A stretch of DNA of 47,370 bases from IMG/VR virus record IMGVR_UViG_3300025645_000009, positions 1-47,370 of that record; one strand, 5' to 3'. A model generated the notes under the pieces. The model saw only the letters and a program-made list of their open reading frames with translations. It made no database searches and was not told where the DNA came from. This document shows, piece by piece, positions 25,996-36,795 of the stretch (position 1 is the first letter of the stretch; the number at the start of each line of letters is the position of its first letter). The DNA comes from a virus (Duplodnaviria > Caudoviricetes). Position numbers and translations under genes: made by a program.

Positions 25996-28161
25996 CTATC
26001 GAGAGAGAACGACCTCTTCGTAGCGCGAGATAATTTCTTCCTTGGACGGCTTGCGGCCTAGCTCCACTTCGAGATCTGTCGAGATACCGCGGCGCAGGTC
26101 GATCGGGATGTCCTCGTAACTGACTACGACATCAATAGTTGCGCTATCCACACGCGAACCAGCCTCGAACAGGAATTTTCCTTCTTCGGTATTCTCGCCC
26201 CAGAGCTTGCCTGGCGTCTTGAGAACGATCGGCAGCAAGAGCTTGTTGGTCATCGACTGGATATCAAGCTGGGTTGGTGCCTTGCCGTTCTCTTCCTGAA
26301 ACGCCCGCATCTCATCGGCTAGAGCATTGTTGAACGACGCGACCCGCTTGCTTGCCTCAAGCCGGTCCTTATCCTTGAGCCCTGTCGTCGTGATGCCGAC
26401 CGCTTCGAGTTGCGTTGATGCCTGCGAGAACGCGCTTGTGAGCGTCAGACTTTCCTCGCGTGCCTTGCGCTCATCCGTCAGCGCCGAGGCTTTCATGTTC
26501 GAGACCTTTTCAAAGTCCGATTTGCTCAGGCTGTTTTTGTATTCGAGCAGGTTGGTTTCCGCGAAGGCCTTGGGGTCTTGCGCATACATCATTTGCATAT
26601 CGTAAAGCAGCGTTTGATCGGTCTCAGGTTCCTGTCCGCTCGACTTCTTTTCCCAATAGGTCATGAGGCTCGACATGCCTTCCATGCCGATCTGCGTGCT
26701 AACCTCTGGCGGCAGATCAAACGGGCTCAGGTTTTGCGTCTCGATCATGTTGAACGCTTGCGCCGTCACAGCCTCGCGCTGTTGCTTCTCTGCCTTGTCC
26801 CGAGCGTCAAGCTGCGCATAGATCGACTTGCGCGTCATCTCGCGCTCTGTTGGGTCACTGATGCCAGACAGATAGCCCTCGACCGTGCTTAGGGATGCAG
26901 GCGCCGCACCATCGCCGCCACCCTTGCGATTAGCCCAAGCCGTGAAGTCAGACACGTTCATCCCGCGCAGGAAGCTGTTTGCCTCGATCACGCCAGTCGG
27001 CAGGATGTCAGTCAGCATTGCATCAGGGGATGCCCGCAGCACGTTCACAGCGCCACCGGCACCGAGGAAGTGAGCCGCGTATAGACTGCCATTCGTGACC
27101 GCCACGCCACGCGCCGCCAATGTCTTGCCATTGGCTTCGGTGAAGGCACGGATTGCGACCTCTTGCTGAAGCGGGTCAGTGCGACCGAACTCAGTCAGGC
27201 CAAGAGACGGGTTTGAAAGCCGAAGTTGGTTCCAGGTGCCAGTTGTGAACTGATAGCGACCGGTCGCGGATGACTTGGGGTTTTTGGCCGCATCATCGCC
27301 GCCGCTTTCCGCCGATCGGATTGCAGCGTAATAATCCCCACCAGACGACGCCGAGCCGCCGCTGAAAAACCCGTTGGTGTTTTGCTTGACCTTTTCCTGC
27401 ACCAGCGGAACCTTGAGCGTTTCCTCGAATTTGAACTGATGCGGCCCCGTGAATTGGTCCTTGTGATCGTTGAAATATTTCTCAGCCGCGATCGGGTCAT
27501 CGCTCATCATCCGCATCCCTGTATTCATGCGGACGGTCGAGATGTATTCGGCTTCGCGGTTTTTCAGCGTGTCAGCATCCCAGCCGAGCATTGCGCCTTG
27601 CTCGCGGATCTCTGCCTGCCCCGCCGCGATATTGAAATCGACAGCCTTGGGATCTTTGTATGCCGCGACCGCATCCTCTGCGAAGGTATCGAGACGCGCC
27701 TCAGTCGCATCCTTGAACCATTGCTTGCGCGCCCCAGCCGAGTGCGTGATCGTGTTTTGCTGGATGCGCTGTAGGCGAGCGCCAGATGCGTCGTCATACT
27801 TCTGCGCAGCCATGCCTGTCAGGCCAGCACCGAACTCTTTTCGCTTGGCCGCCGCATCCTCTTCAAACTTGACACGCGACTTTACTGCGTTCTCGCCCTC
27901 AAGCGTCATATAGCCGCCATCGCCATACATGGCGTTGCGTTCCCATTCAGCATACTTGTTGTCGCGGCCCTTGACCTCATTGATCGCGTCAAGCTCTGCC
28001 AGTTGCGAGCTGGCCTCAGCAGCCTGCCCGATGCCCTGCGCAAGCCCTTGAAGGCCGCGCCCATTGGCAGCGCCGAACGCGTCAGCCGTGGCCCGAACCT
28101 GCACGCCCTGCTGATAGGAAGGCCGAAGGTTGACGTTTGAAACGTATGTCGGAACTCTCAT
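25996..28161 (-). CDS. Internal virion protein with lytic transglycosylase domain
   Basis: AESGG...SSATGRYQF..GTW...YAAHFLGAGGA. Confidence 0.85.
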   Translation of the reverse strand: MRVPTYVSNVNLRPSYQQGVQVRATADAFGAANGRGLQGLAQGIGQAAEASSQLAELDAINEVKGRDNKYAEWERNAMYGDGGYMTLEGENAVKSRVKFEEDAAAKRKEFGAGLTGMAAQKYDDASGARLQRIQQNTITHSAGARKQWFKDATEARLDTFAEDAVAAYKDPKAVDFNIAAGQAEIREQGAMLGWDADTLKNREAEYISTVRMNTGMRMMSDDPIAAEKYFNDHKDQFTGPHQFKFEETLKVPLVQEKVKQNTNGFFSGGSASSGGDYYAAIRSAESGGDDAAKNPKSSATGRYQFTTGTWNQLRLSNPSLGLTEFGRTDPLQQEVAIRAFTEANGKTLAARGVAVTNGSLYAAHFLGAGGAVNVLRASPDAMLTDILPTGVIEANSFLRGMNVSDFTAWANRKGGGDGAAPASLSTVEGYLSGISDPTEREMTRKSIYAQLDARDKAEKQQREAVTAQAFNMIETQNLSPFDLPPEVSTQIGMEGMSSLMTYWEKKSSGQEPETDQTLLYDMQMMYAQDPKAFAETNLLEYKNSLSKSDFEKVSNMKASALTDERKAREESLTLTSAFSQASTQLEAVGITTTGLKDKDRLEASKRVASFNNALADEMRAFQEENGKAPTQLDIQSMTNKLLLPIVLKTPGKLWGENTEEGKFLFEAGSRVDSATIDVVVSYEDIPIDLRRGISTDLEVELGRKPSKEEIISRYEEVVLSR

Positions 28162-28671
28162 TTACCAAATCCCCGCAGTCTTACCTTGAGCATACGACTT
28201 CGCGCCGCCGCCCAGCACCGTGCCAGCCGCAGCGAGATATCCGCCCGACAGCGCGCTCTTGGACGCCGACGAACTCATCGCAGCCTCTGCCCGATAGTTG
28301 TTCGCGTTCTGGCGAATGTCCCGCTCTTCGCGGTTCGTATTGGTGCGGATCGTCAGCGCGTCAAGCTCGCCCATCTTGGCCGTATCAACCATGAGATCGA
28401 GCGGTGAGCCAAACGACAGATCAACACCATTCGCCGCCATGTTGGCCCGTTGCTGGCCCATGAGCTGCGATGTCTCAGCGCGCTTCTTTTGCTCTTCGAG
28501 TTGCCCGCGCTCAAGTGCATCCTTGGCCGCACGATCGGCCAGCGTGGCATTCATGGTGGCGACCTTGGAGTTATACGACGCCGCCGCGCTATCCGCCTTT
28601 GCCGCTTGGATCTGCCCCACACCGCCCATAACGGTCGAGCCGATCATCAGTGCAGTGGTTATGTCGCACAT
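28162..28671 (-). CDS. Internal virion protein (T7 gp14-like)
   Basis: MCD N-terminus, Ala-rich helical, AANGVDLSFGSP; synteny. Confidence 0.75.
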   Translation of the reverse strand: MCDITTALMIGSTVMGGVGQIQAAKADSAAASYNSKVATMNATLADRAAKDALERGQLEEQKKRAETSQLMGQQRANMAANGVDLSFGSPLDLMVDTAKMGELDALTIRTNTNREERDIRQNANNYRAEAAMSSSASKSALSGGYLAAAGTVLGGGAKSYAQGKTAGIW

Positions 28672-28672
28672 C

Positions 28673-29146
28673 CTAAGACCTCATTTCAAACAGGCGGAAC
28701 TCATGGCCGTTGATGTCGATCGGGTCGAGGATTGAAAACCCCAGCCACCGCAGCCACCTGACCGACGCACGATTGCGCATGTCCACAAAATTTCTAAGCA
28801 CTGGATACCGCGCCGACAGTTGATTTCTCCAACTCACAGAGCGCCGCAGAAATGCCACATAATTCTCATCGACCGCAGACGTGCCGAGCAGCCACGGAGC
28901 GCCCACGCCTGCAAGCACGTTGAGGTCAGCCACGCCGAACATGACTTCAGGCCGACCATCCACAAGGCCCGTCATCCGCATGGACGATCGCCGGTATGAG
29001 ATCGACAGCGCCGAGGCTGGACACTTGCCAGACGCCGCAAAGACCTCATCGCGATCAGCCTGGCGCATACGGCCCGCGATCTCTCGCACATGCCACGCCC
29101 GCGCAGGCACTACGCTTATGACCCGATCAGCGCCCAATGGTGACAT
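28673..29146 (-). CDS. GNAT-fold virion assembly protein (T7 gp13-like)
   Basis: MRQADRDE, PWLLGT, NFVD.RN..S.RWLRWLGF; start codon uncertain. Confidence 0.75.
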   Translation of the reverse strand: MSPLGADRVISVVPARAWHVREIAGRMRQADRDEVFAASGKCPASALSISYRRSSMRMTGLVDGRPEVMFGVADLNVLAGVGAPWLLGTSAVDENYVAFLRRSVSWRNQLSARYPVLRNFVDMRNRASVRWLRWLGFSILDPIDINGHEFRLFEMRS

Positions 29147-31532
29147 CGGGCATAATTGCGAGGATCGTCATCGGCAGCGGATCGAATTGCTTGACGACCA
29201 TGTTGCCGCCAGTGTTCCAGTCCCAAGCTGGCGTGATGCGGATGTCGCCCGTGTAAAGCTGGATCGCCTCATTCCAAGCCTCGATCGACCGCTGGCGATA
29301 CTCGACCAAATGCTCGCTGTCCCGATCGCCATCATAGGGCCCGACGAAGATCCCGCGTGTCCGCTCGACCCGCAGCGTGACCTCAGAAACGCTCTTCATG
29401 CGCCCCTGCACCGAGCCTAGGCCATTGACCGAGCCGAGATCCAGATCGAGGGTTTGCATCATCGCAGTGATCGGCAGGCCAATATGAACTTTTGTTGCAG
29501 CGTTTGGCAGTGTCACAGAGCCGCCAGAGACCGTCAGGCCGCGCACGACATTGCCATCAGCCAGCGCCACGACTTGCTCACCCTCAAGATGCCCGAGGCC
29601 CGAGAGCGTCGTCACCGCAGCGCCGGAATAGGTCAGGCCGCTATCGACAAAGAAAGCATCCTCAATCGCATCGAAGTCGCGAGGGTCAAGCCGCTCGATA
29701 TATCGCTTGGTTGCGCCGTTGATCACCCGCTTAACGACAAAATAAGGGATGTCGTTTTCGCCTTCAGTGATGACCGAGACGCTTTCAAACACGGCGCCCG
29801 AGCTGTCGTGATCTGTCCACGCCCAAACGTCATGCTCTTTCATGTAGCAGAGAGAGAGCAACTGGCCATTGTCCAGCACCACCCAGATCAGCGAGCTTGG
29901 AGCCTGCGAATAGGCCCAGCTCATGATCTTGCGGCCCTCGAAATAGTGGCGAGCCATGATCGTTATATCGCGCCCGTCATAGCCGTCATTGGCGAACTGA
30001 TATTCAAAGTCACGCACCACACCGCCGCGGGCTTGAGCGAATACGACCGTGCGACCGATCGTCAATGGCTGCACCTTGGACGCGCCGCGATAGCCTTGGT
30101 TTTCGATAGCAATGGCGCTTGGGCTGATCGCGTCGGACGTAGAGCCGCCCGAGATCGACCACTCGGACGACGACGACAGAGCGAGCAATCCCTTGGCCGA
30201 GATCAGCGATCGGATCTCGTTTATTTCTTTTGACTTGATCCTGAACGTAACAGCATCGCTCGCCTTCGCGGGGCTTGCATAGCCGAAATTCTCATAACTG
30301 GCCGACTGCGAAAGCCAGATTGCTTGAGGATCATTGGCCGTTGACGCGAAGGCCAGCCGTTGCTCGACAAAGGTGGCGCAGCGTGGATAGTTGCCAGCAC
30401 TGGAAAAGGGGTTGCGCCCAGTCTGTGGACCGTCAGACGTATCAGCCGCAATGTTGTCGTCGATAAAGCTAAGATCAGAAGTCTTACCGATGTAGCCAAA
30501 AACACCATTATACTCCTTATAAACAAGGTAATAGTCAGCACCAGAAACCGCCGCCCAAGAGATCGTGTTATAGTTGCCGGTATAGGTCAGATCGTTTGTC
30601 GTCGAAACTTCGGCAGATGGAAGCCCCTCTTCCCCCGTCGAGGCAGAGACCGCCGAGATCACATAGGTTTGGATATCGCCAAACCCGAGGCCACCGACAA
30701 CACCAGTCGGGGTTGCAGGTGGAGACGTGCCAGACGGAGCCGCAGGGATAGCCTCGCCACTGCCCGCGACATCGCCAGCGGGAAACTCCACAAGCGGCGC
30801 AAACACCTGCGCGACAAGCCCTGTCGATGCGTCGGTGCGATAGACCTTGTATGACGTGGCGCCAGCGACAGCGTTCCAATAGACGCGGATATAGCGGCCA
30901 TCCAGAACGCTGTATTGATAGATCACACTGACCGCGGCACTGGCAGCACTTTCGCCGCCAGCCGAAGAGATAGCCGTGACCTTGAACGTGCGCGTGCCAT
31001 ACGAGCCGTTTGAATACTTGTATGAGGCTTGAGCGCCCGTAGCAGTTGGCGAGGCAGTCGTTGGCGTAAACGTCACCGCCGTCAGCGTCCAGTTGGTCTC
31101 AGAGAACCGGCTCAGTTTCCGCACGGGATAGCTGATATGGCAGATATACATCACATCCGCCTCTTGGATGTAGACGAGATCCCCCACGTCAGCCGCAGCG
31201 TATGGAGTGGCAATCTCATAGATCGCGCCGCCACCCGTCAGGATCTGCCCGCCGTCTTTCCAAACCCGCATATAGCCGCCGCCAAATTCGAGCGTGTAGG
31301 ATTGCGTGGACGAGAACTGAAACGGGATCGTGCGCGTCCTGGTCGAGCTTGTCTTGACCTCACCACAGAACTCTAGGCCAGCCCGATTGCTCGCCCCGCC
31401 GTGCGCGTGGATGAAGATGTTCGTGCCAGCCTTTAGGCCGGATCCATACTTGGCAAGATCGACCCGAGCCCAGAGCGCAGGAGATAGAACGCCCGAGGTA
31501 AATGAGCCTTGGAATAGACGGAGATCTGCCAT
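29127..31532 (-). CDS. Tail tubular protein B (nozzle)
   Basis: SFTSGVLSP..WARVDL..Y; YP....F.EQRL.FA; PLPMTILA; synteny. Confidence 0.88.
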   Translation of the reverse strand: MADLRLFQGSFTSGVLSPALWARVDLAKYGSGLKAGTNIFIHAHGGASNRAGLEFCGEVKTSSTRTRTIPFQFSSTQSYTLEFGGGYMRVWKDGGQILTGGGAIYEIATPYAAADVGDLVYIQEADVMYICHISYPVRKLSRFSETNWTLTAVTFTPTTASPTATGAQASYKYSNGSYGTRTFKVTAISSAGGESAASAAVSVIYQYSVLDGRYIRVYWNAVAGATSYKVYRTDASTGLVAQVFAPLVEFPAGDVAGSGEAIPAAPSGTSPPATPTGVVGGLGFGDIQTYVISAVSASTGEEGLPSAEVSTTNDLTYTGNYNTISWAAVSGADYYLVYKEYNGVFGYIGKTSDLSFIDDNIAADTSDGPQTGRNPFSSAGNYPRCATFVEQRLAFASTANDPQAIWLSQSASYENFGYASPAKASDAVTFRIKSKEINEIRSLISAKGLLALSSSSEWSISGGSTSDAISPSAIAIENQGYRGASKVQPLTIGRTVVFAQARGGVVRDFEYQFANDGYDGRDITIMARHYFEGRKIMSWAYSQAPSSLIWVVLDNGQLLSLCYMKEHDVWAWTDHDSSGAVFESVSVITEGENDIPYFVVKRVINGATKRYIERLDPRDFDAIEDAFFVDSGLTYSGAAVTTLSGLGHLEGEQVVALADGNVVRGLTVSGGSVTLPNAATKVHIGLPITAMMQTLDLDLGSVNGLGSVQGRMKSVSEVTLRVERTRGIFVGPYDGDRDSEHLVEYRQRSIEAWNEAIQLYTGDIRITPAWDWNTGGNMVVKQFDPLPMTILAIMPDVTIGR

Positions 31533-32134
31533 TATGCCCGAGCCCCTTTGTATTCGCTTTCGTGGTCCGAGCTTTCGCGGGCGTCATTCGCATCAGCATC
31601 CTGCGCTTGCGTCGTCACCATTTGCGCGAGCTGATAGGCGTCGGCCCGCATCTTTGGATCACGGGTCAGGGGCATGGCCAAGCGAACCGCTAGATGCCAC
31701 GACAGAGCGTCGATGAAGAGCGGCGAGAACCGTGCAGGATCGACAGCGCGCTTGGTGTAATCGATGATCGCAGGCGAGAGGTCGCAATAGACCATGCCGC
31801 CGTCAACGTCGAATGGTGTGCTGATCTCATCCTGTCGCGTGATGATCTGGCCCTCAGTGCTACCGTAGTCAGGCCGCACCAGCCGCACTTTGAGGCAGTC
31901 GTTCGGCAGTTTGTAGGCATAGGCCCAGCGAGTTTTCACGTCCTGCGCCAGCTCTGCCATCGACATCAGGCCGCGAGCGAACCGCCACGGATAGGCTTGC
32001 AGTAGCGTGTCCCGCGTCAGCTCATAGAATTGACGGCAGGCCCGAGCCTCAGCGCCGGTCTCATCGAGCGAATTGATGTTGTCCTTGCCGACGTTGGACA
32101 GAGCGAGATTGCAGATCGCGATGACAGAGGACAT
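31532..32134 (-). CDS. Tail tubular protein A (adaptor)
   Basis: ICNLAL..G, WRFA, YKLPNDCL. Confidence 0.88.
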   Translation of the reverse strand: MSSVIAICNLALSNVGKDNINSLDETGAEARACRQFYELTRDTLLQAYPWRFARGLMSMAELAQDVKTRWAYAYKLPNDCLKVRLVRPDYGSTEGQIITRQDEISTPFDVDGGMVYCDLSPAIIDYTKRAVDPARFSPLFIDALSWHLAVRLAMPLTRDPKMRADAYQLAQMVTTQAQDADANDARESSDHESEYKGARA

Positions 32135-32203
32135 GTGATTTCCAGTTTATATTTGGCGAGCCGCCTCACATTAGCGCGCAGTTGGTTGCTGCGGTCGATT
32201 GCC

Positions 32204-32236
32204 GCCCCCGCGCTAACAGGGGCGGGCGGGGGTTTT
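32204..32236. terminator. GC-rich hairpin downstream of the 889-aa gene
   Basis: cccccgc...gcggggg stem; the T run is on the plus strand, so direction is uncertain. Confidence 0.35.
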
Positions 32237-34904
32237 AGCTAGTGGGCGGATATGCCAGCAAAATGATGGTTCCTCGCCCTGCCGTATAGTTAGCGTTGCA
32301 TGTGAGCGCAGATACTCCCTGCATTGCGCTACCCCATAGGTTTGTCTGCGTCCCGCCAAAATAATTTCTGGATGGGATATATGTCAGACCAGACACCCAA
32401 CCTGCACCACTTGCGCCCACTGAAACCATAGACTGACCGATAACGAGCGACCCCGCAACGGCTGGCGTGATGCTCAGAGGGATGCCGCCGCTCGATGGGT
32501 TGCCCCATGTTGACGCGACTACGGGCGAACCTGCGCCGATATTGCCAATCGTTAGCGCCTCGATGCCGATGTTATCGGAAACGCCGTAGGAGCTTGTGAC
32601 AACAATGTTGCCTGTCGCGCCTGACGGGAAATTCGCCTCGGTCAACTCGAACATCGCATTCCACTCATAGGCGTTTGTCCCTGATGTGGTTTTTTGCTCC
32701 GCCAGTTTGGTCATAGCAACGCCACCCCATGTTGCGGAGAGGCTTGTTGTGATTAGGGACGCATTGAACGTCGAAACGTTCACCAGCACGCGACGGTTGG
32801 ACCCCGCCGCCGCAGTAAACGCCATTGTGATGGATGCCGCCGATGTGGTGCTGCCCGTTGTCAGCGAAGCATCTAAGACAAGGGGGGTTGTTATCGGAGG
32901 TGGCGCAACATATGCGGCCATCGGTAGCGTGCGGAATACCCCTGTGGTATCGGTCGCGCCCGCTGCACCCGTATCAAGCGGCGAACCCACTGCGGGCGAT
33001 AGGCCGAGAATGGTATGTGGATAGGTGTTATACGCCTGCAAATATGTCGGCTGATTTGCCAGCAACATAGTCACGTTGTCTGCGATCGTCATGCCAGTGC
33101 TTGCGCCCGAACCAACGTCCATAACACGGCAGGCGTTGTTACGGATTTCGACATTCGTGCAGTTGGCATAGGCAATGTCTGCCGTATCACCATACGGGGA
33201 GGTGACAATCGTATTCTGGTTGATTTTGCCGGATAGCGCAGAGCCTACCGTGATGCCGATAGCCTGACCACCCGCAATCACGTTGCCAGAAATATCAACC
33301 TCTGCCCATGAATGCGGCGTGCCTTTGACTGCGTTGTTGTCCTGCGCCAAGATGCCTTGGACGTGCTGTTCGTCCATCAGCGCATTGAACGTGTAGCCAG
33401 AGGTGCGATATATGAGGTTTTTACGCGCCCGAACAACACGGTTGGCCGTCGCTGCGGAATCGTTGATCGGCTGGAATGCGTCCCCGTGGATGCCGTCAGA
33501 ATAATTCGGGTCTTCAACCTTCTGCTCCGTCCCTAGCGTGATCGAGCCTGTTGCACCCGTATATGTTTCCCCTGCCACGGGCTTGGCAAAGTTATTGTAA
33601 AGCCCCTTAACGTAAGTTGACCCGTCAGACGCGGCGACATACAAAACCTTCTGCGCCGTTCCAGAAAGGCCGTTTGACAGGGTTTCGCCCACCGTGATCG
33701 TGCCAGTTGTCGCGGTCAGGAACCACGATTTGCCGTAGTCACCTTGGAAATATGTGAATGTGTTGTTGTCAACGGTCCAATCTGTATTCAGACCCGTGAA
33801 CCCGTCCTCATACATATGCGTGATGACGTTGCCCGTCGCGGTAATGGTGCTGTGGTTAAAAGCGCCCGCTTCTCTCGCATGAGTGAAAGTGTTATTTGTC
33901 AATGTGAGGCTGGAGCCAGTTGCACGAATGCACCCGCGCCGTTGTTTTTTAGTGCCAGTTGCGCAGTTATTATCCCACACGCATCCGCGAAACTCGATGC
34001 CCGTGCTGCTGTTCACGACAGTTGTGTAGGCCGGATCACCACCAACGTAATCGGTCCCGCCCGAATTGTCGAATGAGGTTTTAAGGCCAGAGAACAGGAT
34101 ATTTGCCGACGATGAATTGACCGTCAGGCCCGCGAAAACTGGATAGTTTCCCGTGACCTCTGCGGCGATGGTGACTGTGCTGGCAGGTGCAAATCCCGAC
34201 AGCGTTTTTGCGGTATAGTTGCCAGCACGAACGGCGATAGTTTTGCCCGATAGCGTGGCCGCACCGAGCGCAAACGTGCTGGTCCATGTAGCATCTGAGG
34301 TGATGAGGTAATCATATGCAATTGGGGCCGCGTTGGACGTAGGGGTCCGAACCTTCGCAACAGACCGCGCGCCCGCCCCTATCGCATTGACCGCCCACAA
34401 CTCCACACTCGCAGCCGTTGATGCCAGCACCGTAATCAGGCGCTCACCCGTGCCAACACCGGACAGGGTTTGCGCCGAACCGCCGCCCACACTGTATTGC
34501 AGCGCCGTGATAGCCGACCCGCCGTCGTAGGGCAGCGCCGTGATGTTCAGCGACAGCTTGTCACCGCCCGCGCTTGGGCTATCGGCGAGCGTCCACTGCC
34601 CCGCCGTCATTGCGGATGGTGCAGTCAGAACAGGTTCGACAGCCCCCACGATGAAAACGGGAATAACCTCGAAGCCGTTGAACATATTCCGGTCGTCATC
34701 GATGAACACAACACCGCCGACACGCTGATCGTTGTAGATCGTCGCGCCAGACGACAGCACGGACACGCCAAGTGTGCGCTTGCTATCGAGGAACCCGAGA
34801 GCCGTCACACGCACGCCGATGACCGGCAAGCCATTGTGGATTTTCTTTGATGGATCGACGGCGACAACGCCAAGGACGGGGTGCGAATTGTGGAGGGTTG
34901 CCAT
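32235..34904 (-). CDS. 889-aa putative virion spike/depolymerase (FN3-like domain + right-handed beta-helix)
   Basis: YDGGSAIT...AVNAIGAG FN3 pattern; Asn-rich beta-helix-like repeats; IHGDAFQ. Confidence 0.7.
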   Translation of the reverse strand: MATLHNSHPVLGVVAVDPSKKIHNGLPVIGVRVTALGFLDSKRTLGVSVLSSGATIYNDQRVGGVVFIDDDRNMFNGFEVIPVFIVGAVEPVLTAPSAMTAGQWTLADSPSAGGDKLSLNITALPYDGGSAITALQYSVGGGSAQTLSGVGTGERLITVLASTAASVELWAVNAIGAGARSVAKVRTPTSNAAPIAYDYLITSDATWTSTFALGAATLSGKTIAVRAGNYTAKTLSGFAPASTVTIAAEVTGNYPVFAGLTVNSSSANILFSGLKTSFDNSGGTDYVGGDPAYTTVVNSSTGIEFRGCVWDNNCATGTKKQRRGCIRATGSSLTLTNNTFTHAREAGAFNHSTITATGNVITHMYEDGFTGLNTDWTVDNNTFTYFQGDYGKSWFLTATTGTITVGETLSNGLSGTAQKVLYVAASDGSTYVKGLYNNFAKPVAGETYTGATGSITLGTEQKVEDPNYSDGIHGDAFQPINDSAATANRVVRARKNLIYRTSGYTFNALMDEQHVQGILAQDNNAVKGTPHSWAEVDISGNVIAGGQAIGITVGSALSGKINQNTIVTSPYGDTADIAYANCTNVEIRNNACRVMDVGSGASTGMTIADNVTMLLANQPTYLQAYNTYPHTILGLSPAVGSPLDTGAAGATDTTGVFRTLPMAAYVAPPPITTPLVLDASLTTGSTTSAASITMAFTAAAGSNRRVLVNVSTFNASLITTSLSATWGGVAMTKLAEQKTTSGTNAYEWNAMFELTEANFPSGATGNIVVTSSYGVSDNIGIEALTIGNIGAGSPVVASTWGNPSSGGIPLSITPAVAGSLVIGQSMVSVGASGAGWVSGLTYIPSRNYFGGTQTNLWGSAMQGVSALTCNANYTAGRGTIILLAYPPTS

Positions 34905-34972
34905 GCGTCATCCATTCAAACGAAGGCGCGAGCCCTCTTGTGAAGAGGGGCGACCTAAGCCGCCCCTTGTTT

Positions 34973-35281
34973 TCAGATTTCAGTGCCTGGTGCGATCCAG
35001 TCAGGCGCGGGGGACAGCGAGGCTTTGGCCTCAGACGCCACCGCTTCAGGTTCAGGCGCATCAGCGAAAGGATCTGCTTTTGGAGCAGGCTCAGGCTTGG
35101 CCTTTGCAGCAGCCTTCTTAGGTGCTGCGATTGGAGCCTCTACGCCGTCAGCCGCAGCCACCCAGCGCGGGCGACGCTTGGCGTCATTCCAGAGGTCGAG
35201 CGGAATGGCGAACTCATCGCCAGGCTCGCGCACGATCCCGCCAAAATAGCCACGCTCTTCAGCGACGACTACCTTAACCAT
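34973..35281 (-). CDS. Hypothetical head-region protein with Ala/Pro/Lys-rich tail
   Basis: RGYFGG.VREPGDEF; synteny. Confidence 0.7.
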   Translation of the reverse strand: MVKVVVAEERGYFGGIVREPGDEFAIPLDLWNDAKRRPRWVAAADGVEAPIAAPKKAAAKAKPEPAPKADPFADAPEPEAVASEAKASLSPAPDWIAPGTEI

Positions 35282-35684
35282 TCGACGGCACCGCGGCCAC
35301 AATGCCAGCCGTGATCTTGCCCGTGGTCGGAGCAGTGCCGGTGACAGTGTATTTCAGGCGCATGAAGTTCATGTTGATGCCCTTTGGAATGTTGTCCCAA
35401 GGGATCATAAACCCAGCGACCAATTCAGCGAGCAGGAACGTGCCAAGGGTCACGGTCTTGTCTGGCGTGAAGGTCTCGGTCGTGTCGAGCTCGATGTCGA
35501 TCTTGAGAGAGGTCAAGTTGTTGAAGGTTTCAACAACCTGCACCAGCAGCGGGATCTTGACGCCCTTGCCGATGTCGCGAACAACGCCGGTCGCGATCGG
35601 GTTGAGCGAGATGACGTTGGTGGATGCAGCGGTCGCGGTGACGGCCTGCGCATCCGAAAAGAGGTTCGTGTTGTCGAAGATCAT
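35274..35684 (-). CDS. Capsid cement protein (BPP-1 Bbp16-like)
   Basis: MIFD...FSDAQAVTATAASTNVI...RLKYTVTGT...GKITAGIV; follows the capsid gene. Confidence 0.85.
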   Translation of the reverse strand: MIFDNTNLFSDAQAVTATAASTNVISLNPIATGVVRDIGKGVKIPLLVQVVETFNNLTSLKIDIELDTTETFTPDKTVTLGTFLLAELVAGFMIPWDNIPKGINMNFMRLKYTVTGTAPTTGKITAGIVAAVPSNG

Positions 35685-35757
35685 TGGTCGATCCTTTCCG
35701 TTTGGCCTTCCGGCCCTTGAGGGAAGCGGCCAGCCCCGTCAGGAGCTGGCGAGCCGG

Positions 35758-36792
35758 TTAGACGTAGGCAGGAACCAGCGCCTCGGTGTTGAGCAGGGCG
35801 TCGGTTTCGCGGATTGGCAAGCCACGATAGGTCATGACTTCCTTGCCCTCGATCGTTGCCTGCGACACGTGAGTTGTGTTGCTGCGGGCAGTGGTCATCG
35901 AGCGATCGGACGACTGCGCATCGAGGATCTCGATCATGTCGCGGTTCATGTAGATCGCAATGCGCGACGAGGTTGCGTCGCGGCGACGGCTTTCCAAGCG
36001 GTAATAAGCCTGGCGAAGCAGCGCCCAGAGATCCACACTGCCAGCCATCGCGTCAGACACGTCGATGTTGGCGATACGAGCGTTATAGCGATGGTCTTTC
36101 ACCGCGACGCCCATGTGCCAATTGAACAGCGTTTCCTTGGCGTAGTAAGGGTTGCCCGCGTCATCCAAGACACGTTGCTCGCCCTTGTCCTCGATCGTCA
36201 CGCCCGCATTCATGCCCTTTGGATAGAGCAGCGAAGTCGCGTGATCGCCCCAAGTGACGAACCAGATCGAGGTGTTGTCCGAGCCAGTGCCGCCGCCGTG
36301 GATCACGTTAGCAGCCGAGTTTTTCGGAGCCGCCGACTTTGGGCCAGAGTAATACGAGGTATAGCGCGCCGACAGTCCCTTGAACTTGTCAGGAGTGGTC
36401 GCGGTATCGTGGTAAAAAATACCGGTCGCCATCTCTTGGTTCATCGCCTCGAGGTAAGGCGCGCTGTCAACCAAGCGAGCCTTGGCAGGATCTGGCGCCA
36501 GAGCGAGCAAACGCTTGTCGATTGCCGAGCGAGCTTCGAGGAAGCCAGTCGTATCATCGACCTGCTGCATGGTGGACTTCGACTGCGGCGTGCCTTTGTA
36601 GAGGCGACCCCATGCGACCGAAGGCAGGCCGGTGCGGATCATGTGGCGGTGCGATGCGCCCATGTTGCACTCGACAGCCATAGCGTCGTCGAGGATTGGA
36701 TTTTGTGCTGCGAGGATCTCGATCACTTTGCCTTCAGCAGACATTTTGTGAGCGTCGATCAGCGAGGGGAAGGATTGACCAATAGTAGCCAT
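35758..36792 (-). CDS. Major capsid protein (BPP-1-like)
   Basis: IRTGLPSVAW, FKGLSARY, TSIWFVTWG, RIANID, GLPIRETDALLNTEA. Confidence 0.92.
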   Translation of the reverse strand: MATIGQSFPSLIDAHKMSAEGKVIEILAAQNPILDDAMAVECNMGASHRHMIRTGLPSVAWGRLYKGTPQSKSTMQQVDDTTGFLEARSAIDKRLLALAPDPAKARLVDSAPYLEAMNQEMATGIFYHDTATTPDKFKGLSARYTSYYSGPKSAAPKNSAANVIHGGGTGSDNTSIWFVTWGDHATSLLYPKGMNAGVTIEDKGEQRVLDDAGNPYYAKETLFNWHMGVAVKDHRYNARIANIDVSDAMAGSVDLWALLRQAYYRLESRRRDATSSRIAIYMNRDMIEILDAQSSDRSMTTARSNTTHVSQATIEGKEVMTYRGLPIRETDALLNTEALVPAYV

Positions 36793-36795
36793 GTT

